IMG/VR virus record: IMGVR_UViG_3300020046_001945
Strand: one strand, 5' to 3'
Length of the DNA: 20,000 nucleotides
Source of the DNA: an uncultured virus (IMG/VR IMGVR_UViG_3300020046_001945)
Lineage: Duplodnaviria > Heunggongvirae > Uroviricota > Caudoviricetes
Shown: positions 8,578-15,279 of the stretch, one piece after another
How positions within the stretch are numbered: position 1 is the first letter of the stretch
Layout of the letters: each line of letters starts with the position of its first letter
The notes under the pieces: generated by a model
The model's input: only the letters and a program-made list of their open reading frames with translations
Told to the model about the DNA's origin: nothing
Databases searched by the model: none
Translations under genes and position numbers: made by a program

Positions 8578-9234
8578 CTATAGTAGTATATATGGTAGTT
8601 GTTTTCTCTTAGCTCTAACGGTATCGAAATAATCATTTGTTGCCGAAAAATCTCGTTCTGTTTGATACAATGAACCGCGACCATCAACTTCGTGGAAATG
8701 GTCTGCGTTGAATGTGATATCGTAGAAGATTTGCTTTCCTTCTTCGTAACTAAATGTTGCGGTGGATGCTTTCAGATAATAACAATTCTTAAAATAAACT
8801 TTTCTAACATTTGTTCCGTCAGCTTGATACACACTAACAACAATGTGGTCTATTACAGTTTCTTTATACCGTTTGTTGAATCCATCTTTATCAATATTTC
8901 TTTCAACCAGTTTGCGAATCAATTTATTGACAATGCCATCCGAATCTTCCTCAAACCTAATGGTAAATTCAAAACCATTGTGGTCTAAAATTGGGAATGA
9001 TTTAACGAACGGACCTACTTGCTGGTCTTCTTTCTTAAATGAATAATTGGGCAACTCTACAGAAACCGCATGATAAGCATATAGCCCATTAAATACGGAA
9101 GCTGTAGAGTCAGATTCATCAAAATACACCATGAAATTAAATGACCGCTGAATGTCTTTTCGAATGTAGAAATTGGCGGTTCTACTTGTTAGAGAACCAC
9201 CATCATTCAAAAAATTTCCACGGTCATCAGCCAT
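8578..9234 (-). CDS. Second tail-tube-fold protein (gp19 paralogue / gp54-like)
   Basis: 218 aa. Aligns by eye with the upstream tube: IQRSFNF/IERSFMF, IRFEED/IQFEET, VYFKNCY/IYFYNAW, YDITFNADHF/YNATFQFDFW. Confidence 0.7.
   Translation of the reverse strand: MADDRGNFLNDGGSLTSRTANFYIRKDIQRSFNFMVYFDESDSTASVFNGLYAYHAVSVELPNYSFKKEDQQVGPFVKSFPILDHNGFEFTIRFEEDSDGIVNKLIRKLVERNIDKDGFNKRYKETVIDHIVVSVYQADGTNVRKVYFKNCYYLKASTATFSYEEGKQIFYDITFNADHFHEVDGRGSLYQTERDFSATNDYFDTVRAKRKQLPYILL
8587..8594 (-). promoter_or_regulatory. Variant late promoter-like box CATATATA upstream of the gp26-like gene
   Basis: Minus strand CATATATA-CTACT-A differs at two positions from CATAAATA-TTACT-A at 14695-14708. Followed by AAGG and the ATG at 8559. 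Confidence 0.4.
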
Positions 9235-9237
9235 GGA

Positions 9238-9894
9238 TTAGCTCGCTGTCTCCTGAACATTTAGCTTCAAGGTAGGATTTGGTCCACCGAGATATGGAGG
9301 ATTGTCAGTATCACCCATTAACCAGAAATCAAACTGGAATGTGGCGTTATACTTGACCGCTTCATTTGTGCTATAGTCAAGAGCAACATCATCGACATTT
9401 TGAAGCCAAGCGTTGTAGAAATAAATGGAGTTGTTGAAAACTTCACCATTATATCTAACAGGAGTGACACGAATCATGTCAACATACGCATCTGACTTAG
9501 TTTGTCCACGCTTCTTTCCTGAATTAGAGTGACCCTTAGTAACATCAAAAATCATCTGATGCCAATTGTAAAGCCAAATTCCAATTCCTTGAGATTCGGT
9601 TTCTTCAAATTGGATAGACGTTGTGTTTCCAAAAGAAGGCTTTCCAGGGAAATACTGCTTCATCGCACCGAAATTAGATTCGATAGCTTCATGACCGCGC
9701 TGAGGAATAGTAGCATTCCGAGCACGAAAAGTAATATCCTCAGACTTCCAATTGGTTCCAAGAGCCATATCATATCCTGGAAGCTGCTTGTTAGTGAAGT
9801 TCATTATCTCAACTTCAAACATGAACGAACGCTCAATATCAGCAAAATTCTTGATATTTCGTCCTTCAATAAACATGGGAGAAATTCTTGCCAT
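9238..9894 (-). CDS. gp19: Tail tube protein, T4 gp19-like
   Basis: 218 aa directly after the sheath, GGAG RBS. 'FRARNATIP...NFGAMKQYFPGK..F...NAW...V.LDYS.....Y.ATFQFDFW' is the gp19 pattern. Confidence 0.85.
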   Translation of the reverse strand: MARISPMFIEGRNIKNFADIERSFMFEVEIMNFTNKQLPGYDMALGTNWKSEDITFRARNATIPQRGHEAIESNFGAMKQYFPGKPSFGNTTSIQFEETESQGIGIWLYNWHQMIFDVTKGHSNSGKKRGQTKSDAYVDMIRVTPVRYNGEVFNNSIYFYNAWLQNVDDVALDYSTNEAVKYNATFQFDFWLMGDTDNPPYLGGPNPTLKLNVQETAS

Positions 9895-9907
9895 TTTACT
9901 TTACTCC

Positions 9908-11668
9908 TTACTCGCTGACCGTGACGGAATCAGCGGTTATTATCACTTTAAGATTTATGTATTCAATCGCATATGTTGGCTGAATATACAAATCAACATT
10001 CAAAATATTCTGAGCAATAGAAGTTGGTGTGTTATTTGTATCATCAACAACTGCTCTGAATGACTGAACACCTTCACCTGTCTTTACAGCAGACATGAAG
10101 TTGTTAATCAAACTGGTTACCCGTTCGCGAGTCTTGGCAGAGTTTCCTTTGAATAGGAAAGCGGCAAGAATGTTTTCTACGTTACGTTCGACATAAAGAA
10201 GCATACGGCGAACATTAATTCTGTCTCTGGCAGTGTGCTTTAGTTGAGCAGTCTTCTGTCCCCAAATGTATTGAATTCCAGCAATTCTCTTAACACAGTT
10301 GATGTTGTATCTCTCATACAAATCACCAAGGTCAATTTCATCAAGTTTGATGTTTTGCTTTGCGGCAGGAACTCCACCAAAATCTTGTCCGGCAGGAGCA
10401 TCCCAACGATTAGCTACACGATCTGTTCTTGCGATAACAGAAGCGGCAAAAATTGAATTAGGAAGCCAAACACGAACAGAGTTGTATGGGTCAAGAATCT
10501 GCTGCCAACCAACATACTTACCCCAATAAGAAGGATTAGAAACCGAACCCGAACCAACTCCAGCAAAATCATCTGCCAAAATTGTTGCTTTATTTACAGA
10601 TGTTAGCTTTCCTACAGGAGCAACAGCAAATACATCCATTCTCTTTGAGATTACGCTATCAACTACCGATGCTAATGAAGTATCAACATAATTTGAACTT
10701 GCTACACCATTGTAAGGAGTTACGTTGAAAATATCAATTGTTTCTGAAGATTTGTTTCCGTAGAATCTCCAAGCTGCTTGATAACTTGAAGAAACTTGTG
10801 TTCCGAATGTTCCATCAACACCACCAGCAAGAGCAAGGTATGTTGTAGTATATGCTGGAAGAACTCCATTTGAACGAACATAAATGTAGCTTGACTTTCC
10901 GTTGATAAGCTCATCAGCAAACAAAGAATTGCCAGAATTATCAAGAATTGCGTAGTTGTGAGAAACATAGAAAGTCTCGGCGGGAGAAGCGGAGATTGAT
11001 GGCCAAACATTAGCAAATGTGTCTGTTGAATTCTTAACATAAACATTTACTTTAAAGATAGATTTCCACTTAGCATTAGAAGCTGAAACGTTTGAAGGGT
11101 CATCGTAACGATACTTCCAATCAACAAGTGCAGATGTTCCGTTTACATCCATAGCTGATGTAATAACCGAAACCGCAATATCATTACCCCAAACACCCGG
11201 AGCATTTGCGTGGACTTCAAATGGATATGTTACAGTTGAAAAATCTCCAATATCATCTGGAGAATACCCCTCTGGATATTTTACATCAATTGTGGAAGTT
11301 GCTGAACATGTAACCGCTAAGGCGACTGCTGAAGCAGGTTGTGTGGATGTTCCTGAAAGACCAACACCCGCGTAGATTTCTGTTCCATTTGTGACACGAA
11401 CGAAATAAACATTTGAAGTCTCTTTCAAGTTTTCACGAGCCGCATAAATTCCATAGTCAATTATCTGAGAACCTGGAATTCCACCAGAAACCAACGGAGT
11501 GCCGAAAATCTGAATTAGTTCTTGCTCACTCTTTACTAAAACCTTTGTGTTGACAATTCCTTTTCTGGCCAATCCAACGGTAGCAACTACAGTGCTGTTA
11601 TCTACAACATTCACTTGTGAGTTATCTACTTCTGTAGTATTGATACCAGGTAGACCTGTATACGCCAT
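9908..11668 (-). CDS. gp18: Contractile tail sheath protein, T4 gp18-like
   Basis: 586 aa. N-terminal 'PGINTTEVD', 'PGVWGNDIAV', 'WDAPAG', and C-terminal 'WGQKT...DRINVRRMLL...VVDDTNNTP...LYIQPTYAIEYI'. AGGAG RBS. Confidence 0.95.
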   Translation of the reverse strand: MAYTGLPGINTTEVDNSQVNVVDNSTVVATVGLARKGIVNTKVLVKSEQELIQIFGTPLVSGGIPGSQIIDYGIYAARENLKETSNVYFVRVTNGTEIYAGVGLSGTSTQPASAVALAVTCSATSTIDVKYPEGYSPDDIGDFSTVTYPFEVHANAPGVWGNDIAVSVITSAMDVNGTSALVDWKYRYDDPSNVSASNAKWKSIFKVNVYVKNSTDTFANVWPSISASPAETFYVSHNYAILDNSGNSLFADELINGKSSYIYVRSNGVLPAYTTTYLALAGGVDGTFGTQVSSSYQAAWRFYGNKSSETIDIFNVTPYNGVASSNYVDTSLASVVDSVISKRMDVFAVAPVGKLTSVNKATILADDFAGVGSGSVSNPSYWGKYVGWQQILDPYNSVRVWLPNSIFAASVIARTDRVANRWDAPAGQDFGGVPAAKQNIKLDEIDLGDLYERYNINCVKRIAGIQYIWGQKTAQLKHTARDRINVRRMLLYVERNVENILAAFLFKGNSAKTRERVTSLINNFMSAVKTGEGVQSFRAVVDDTNNTPTSIAQNILNVDLYIQPTYAIEYINLKVIITADSVTVSE

Positions 11669-11695
11669 ATTGTATTTTCTCCTACTTTATGTAAC

Positions 11696-11703
11696 TATTT
11701 ATA
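11696..11703 (-). promoter_or_regulatory. T4 late promoter consensus TATAAATA
   Basis: Exact TATAAATA on the minus strand between the terminase stop and the AGGAG RBS of the sheath gene. Confidence 0.85.
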
Positions 11704-11706
11704 GAA

Positions 11707-13758
11707 TCATAGAAATCCAAATCCGTTGTCATTATTTCCAAAATTATCACCATATCCACCATAATTTCCATAAGGACTTCCATAATTATAATCTTCAAAC
11801 CCATTACCAACAACATTACCATCCATGATAGCAAAACTTGAAAATGAATTCTTTTCACCATCTTCTGATTTTGTTTCTGTACCATCAAAGAAATCCGTGG
11901 TTACATAATATAAAGCCCAAATCAAAGACGAAACACAATCATCGTTCTCATTCTGTCCTTCAGCGTGGAATACATTAGGAGAAACTTCAATATAACGAGA
12001 AAGTTCGTAAATGGTTCTCTTGTCACATATTTCAAGCCAACCATTCTCAATATATTTCTTTAGAAGCATATTCCCTTCTAACTTTGATTTTCTCGTAGCT
12101 CTAACCCCCAACCCCTTCTTATCACAATTAAGCAAACGTTCAAAGTTCTTCTTATTCCACAACTCAGAACAAAACAATTCACCAACGTCATTAGATTCCG
12201 CCATAACTTCACACTCATTGTAGAAGTCTGAAATACCAATAGTAATATCAACCAACTTATCAATCTTTATGTAATTAGAACGGAAAACAGCAACCTGCCT
12301 AATCTCAGCTACATTATTTATTCTTAAAACTTGAATAACTGAATAATCATTTCCAGAACCTTTTCCAGGGTCAACTCCGATAATATACTTCTCACCTTCT
12401 ATAGGCTGCTCATATATTTGTAAAGCTCCAGAATAATGAGAAATGTCAATAGGTTCCTTCGGAGTCAATTCCTCTAATTTGTCAGCTTCTATTAGCTGGG
12501 AGGATGAACCAATAAATTTGCAGTTATACTCACTTTCAAATTGTTGCTTGGAATATCCACTTCTTAAAATCCCATCTTTCCAAGCTTCGTCTCTATCTGG
12601 GTGTAAATGCCAGGGAAGTTTAACAGAATAAAAATCATTCTCACCAATAACACCAGCTCTGTATATTGTGTAAAAATGGTTTAATCCGTTAGGAGTTGAC
12701 ACCATAATAATTTTTCCATTTTTACTTGATGATATTGTTGGCATTACCGATGCTTGAAAATCATCCCAAATATAATCCGGAACGAACCCAGCCTCATCCA
12801 AAAATATACAATTACTAATTAATTTTGTATTATAATAAAATCTATTAACATCTGAAACATCTACTAAATCACAAACTTCTCGCTCTTCAAATATTTTCAT
12901 TTTTATACATAAATCATCACAAATACCAATATTATAAGAATATTTTCCCACAAATTCCGAAGCATTGTATTTATTTAACATATTATCAAATATTTTATGT
13001 TCTGGTGTTGTTACTAATTCAACACCCGATTCAAATAATAATTTTATAGTATCTTGTTTTATTGATGTTATTCCGCGAAAATCTTTATATCCATCGTCTG
13101 TAAGAACTTTTATGTTATTGTTATTTTTATAAAAATGTTTATCTTGTATAACGCCACAATACTCCATATACGTTTTTAGATTTTTTATTGTTGTGATCTC
13201 TATATTACCAGCGTCATGTTTAATTGTTACAACACCAGCTTCATCAACGCAATTTATTGAAAACCCACGGATTGAGTTTGATGATGTTGATGATGCCATT
13301 ACACGAACACCATTTTCTAATCGAATTGTCTTTTTATTATATTCAACCACACCTCTCTGCATCCAGAGAGGAATTAATTGATAAGCCATCTGTATTCTTC
13401 CCAAAATCTCAATAGATGTTGCTTCTCTATTTGCCAAAATTGCTATTGTATAATCTTTCCTGAACAACATTTCGTGAAGAAGATATATTGTAGTTACTGT
13501 AGTTTTTGACATTTGGCGAGCTGCAAGAACACACACATGTTTCTTTCCATTTGGGGGTTCTTTAATAGCTTTTATTAAACTTTTCTGAAATCCCCAAAGC
13601 GGTATTTTTATCTTACCTCTGTCTAAGTTTTGAATATAAAAATAATTCTCAGCGAAATAAAGGATATCTTCTTTACATCTAATTATTTCTCTTATCATTT
13701 CCTGAGTATATTCAAATGTCTCTCCAGCACCTCTAAGAGATGTATTTCCATCAAACAT
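11707..13758 (-). CDS. gp17: Terminase large subunit, T4 gp17-like, intein-containing (536 aa after splicing)
   Basis: 'C..D..YFAENY', Walker A-like 'ARQMSKTT', 'IRGFSIN...CIFLDEAGF' Walker B, 'VSTPNGLNHFY', nuclease 'IGVDPGKGSGNDYS' and 'NDDCV'. GAGG RBS. Confidence 0.95.
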   Translation of the reverse strand: MFDGNTSLRGAGETFEYTQEMIREIIRCKEDILYFAENYFYIQNLDRGKIKIPLWGFQKSLIKAIKEPPNGKKHVCVLAARQMSKTTVTTIYLLHEMLFRKDYTIAILANREATSIEILGRIQMAYQLIPLWMQRGVVEYNKKTIRLENGVRVMASSTSSNSIRGFSINCVDEAGVVTIKHDAGNIEITTIKNLKTYMEYCGVIQDKHFYKNNNNIKVLTDDGYKDFRGITSIKQDTIKLLFESGVELVTTPEHKIFDNMLNKYNASEFVGKYSYNIGICDDLCIKMKIFEEREVCDLVDVSDVNRFYYNTKLISNCIFLDEAGFVPDYIWDDFQASVMPTISSSKNGKIIMVSTPNGLNHFYTIYRAGVIGENDFYSVKLPWHLHPDRDEAWKDGILRSGYSKQQFESEYNCKFIGSSSQLIEADKLEELTPKEPIDISHYSGALQIYEQPIEGEKYIIGVDPGKGSGNDYSVIQVLRINNVAEIRQVAVFRSNYIKIDKLVDITIGISDFYNECEVMAESNDVGELFCSELWNKKNFERLLNCDKKGLGVRATRKSKLEGNMLLKKYIENGWLEICDKRTIYELSRYIEVSPNVFHAEGQNENDDCVSSLIWALYYVTTDFFDGTETKSEDGEKNSFSSFAIMDGNVVGNGFEDYNYGSPYGNYGGYGDNFGNNDNGFGFL
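12811..13251 (-). mobile_element. Mini-intein (147 aa, no homing endonuclease) in the terminase ATPase
   Basis: Starts at Cys170 (CVDEAGVVTI), block B 'VTTPEHKIF', block F 'VCDLVDV', ends 'LISN' followed by Cys+1. Excision restores 'IRGFSIN-CIFLDEAG'. Confidence 0.9.
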
Positions 13759-13779
13759 AATTAAAACCTCATTTCAAAG

Positions 13780-13787
13780 TATATAGT
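13780..13787 (-). promoter_or_regulatory. Variant late promoter-like box ACTATATA upstream of the large terminase
   Basis: Minus strand ACTATATA-CTTTG-AAATGAGG...ATG in a 38-nt intergenic gap. Confidence 0.4.
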
Positions 13788-13796
13788 ATTTTGTTC

Positions 13797-14387
13797 TTAC
13801 TTCTTGTAATATTTTTTATAGATATCTGAAGTCAATCCAAAATCAATTAGAAGAACTTTTCCATTTTTCTTTCCCCAGCTTGAGATTCTAACCATATCTC
13901 CAACTGAAAGATTGAAATTTTCTATTAGTCCAGCCAATTCATTTAGAAGTTTGTTATTTTGTATTTGTTGTTCTTTCTTATAATCTATCTCAATATTTTT
14001 TCTAATTCTATCTTTTTTATATTTCAGAACATCGTGTAGTTTTAGTAATGTTGTTTGTGATAACTCTTCAAATTCTTCTTTTGTGATTGTGTCTACTTTT
14101 TCAAAAACCGACCAAGAGTTATTATCATCAAATGAAATTAAATTAGGAACACAATCTGGTTTGGTTAATCCTATTGCTATTTCAACTTGATTTTGTTCTA
14201 TCCCTTTTTGATTCTTGGCAATTTTTATAACCGAAGAATCAAAATCAAAAACAACTCTAGCAGAGCCTTTAGCAAGTTCTTTTAGTTGCTTCCTACAGTA
14301 GAAAAGTTTTTGGGAAAATGTTTTTTGATTTGAAAGGTCTGTAAAAGAAAATGGTTGGAGTTGGTTGAGGTATTGGAAAAAGTTCAT
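13797..14387 (-). CDS. Minimal protein-kinase-like (PKL fold) protein
   Basis: 196 aa with ordered kinase motifs: 'LAKGSARVVF' (Gly loop), 'VIKIA' (beta3 Lys), 'QNQVE' (alphaC Glu), 'GDMVRISSWG' (catalytic Asp) and 'LLIDFG'. Confidence 0.75.
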   Translation of the reverse strand: MNFFQYLNQLQPFSFTDLSNQKTFSQKLFYCRKQLKELAKGSARVVFDFDSSVIKIAKNQKGIEQNQVEIAIGLTKPDCVPNLISFDDNNSWSVFEKVDTITKEEFEELSQTTLLKLHDVLKYKKDRIRKNIEIDYKKEQQIQNNKLLNELAGLIENFNLSVGDMVRISSWGKKNGKVLLIDFGLTSDIYKKYYKK

Positions 14388-14695
14388 ATCTTCTTAACAA
14401 TAACTTTCTCAATTTCCTTGCGAGATTTGTCCATAATGTCCGTTTCACAAAGTCGGGAGAACCATTCTCTTGTGACTAAATTCTGTCTATCTTCAAGGGC
14501 CAGCATTAGTCCTTCATAATCTTTGGTTTCTATAATCATCAGAAATTTTTCAAACCAAGAACGCTGCTGTTTCTTTACAACTGATTCCGACAGAGTTCCA
14601 AAAAACCCTTTGGAATAATACTTTGTAAAGACCTGCTCAAAAATATCAAGCTTGGACTGTTTAATAGACGCTTGGTAGTATTCTTTAAATCTCAT
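14384..14695 (-). CDS. Hypothetical protein, possible head internal protein
   Basis: 103 aa, ATGA-coupled to the kinase gene and preceded by a late-promoter-like box. N-terminus MRFKEYY resembles T4 internal-protein leaders. Confidence 0.6.
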   Translation of the reverse strand: MRFKEYYQASIKQSKLDIFEQVFTKYYSKGFFGTLSESVVKKQQRSWFEKFLMIIETKDYEGLMLALEDRQNLVTREWFSRLCETDIMDKSRKEIEKVIVKKI

Positions 14696-14700
14696 AGTAA

Positions 14701-14708
14701 TATTTATG
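14701..14708 (-). promoter_or_regulatory. T4-type late promoter-like box CATAAATA, 5 nt before the ATG at 14695
   Basis: Minus strand reads CATAAATA-TTACT-ATG in a 15-nt intergenic gap with no Shine-Dalgarno. Confidence 0.65.
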
Positions 14709-14710
14709 AC

Positions 14711-15250
14711 TTACTGTTTCACGTTGTCAATGTCCGAAGCAAAATCAACTTCAATAGAGTTCAGCTGAGAATTTTGCTGCGCTTCCCTAATCATCTTGTC
14801 AATATCATTAGAGTTTAGAATGTATGAGTTGTTAACAGTTACTGGTCCAGATATTTGATTCTTAGTAACACCTACCTCAGTTTCTCTTACAGTCATTCTA
14901 CGCTCGGCTATAGCAATATCAACAATATCTCTGTTCAATTGACGAAGTTCTCTCAGAGCATTTTGAATCGTATTACAAACTAATGTATATACCTCAAACA
15001 TAGATGCTTTAGTCCCTTGTTTCATTAATTCATCTTCTAAACGAGATTTGATGTTTTGATTAGATGCTATTAGAGATTTAAGTTCAAATTCTAAATATTC
15101 CTTGTCTTCAAGAGCAAAAGTCTTAGCTTTTAATTTCTCTCTCTTCTTTTCAAGAGCAGCTAACTCAGAATTGATTTTGTCAATCTCCGAGTTAGAATTT
15201 GAAATTGTTGTCTCAAATGTTGTATTTAATGCCTGTGATATTGGGTCCAT
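14711..15250 (-). CDS. gp16: Terminase small subunit, T4 gp16-like
   Basis: 179 aa, helical. 'DKEYL...LI...ASMFEVY..V...I..L.EL..L' and 'TVNNSYILNSNDIDKMI' parallel the gp16 PRxxEV and TNN..F..ST.EL motifs. Upstream of terL, AGGA RBS. Confidence 0.7.
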   Translation of the reverse strand: MDPISQALNTTFETTISNSNSEIDKINSELAALEKKREKLKAKTFALEDKEYLEFELKSLIASNQNIKSRLEDELMKQGTKASMFEVYTLVCNTIQNALRELRQLNRDIVDIAIAERRMTVRETEVGVTKNQISGPVTVNNSYILNSNDIDKMIREAQQNSQLNSIEVDFASDIDNVKQ

Positions 15251-15268
15251 AAGTATTCCTTTATTAAG

Positions 15269-15276
15269 TATGTATT
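15269..15276 (-). promoter_or_regulatory. Variant late promoter-like box AATACATA upstream of the small terminase
   Basis: Minus strand AATACATA-CTTAATAAAGGA...ATG in a 29-nt intergenic gap. Weak match in AT-rich DNA. Confidence 0.3.
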
Positions 15277-15279
15277 AGG

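Noticed and set aside
8569..8580. Possible stop-codon reassignment (only one gene ends in TAG, with a TGA three codons later)
   Set aside because: All genes read full length in code 11, TGA and TAA stops take part in start/stop overlaps, and no gene is split by an in-frame TAG.
205..11668. Tailocin, eCIS or T6SS interpretation of the sheath/tube/baseplate genes
   Set aside because: Adjacent terminase subunits, a neck protein and T4-type late promoters indicate a genuine phage.
11682..11888. 68-aa Met-rich minus-strand ORF overlapping the terL 3' end
   Set aside because: An alternative-frame reading of the GGT/AAT/TAT-rich terminase tail. It also runs over the sheath promoter.
12811..13251. 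Homing endonuclease or group I intron in terL
   Set aside because: The insert is in frame, only 147 aa, with intein motifs and no LAGLIDADG, HNH or GIY-YIG signature.
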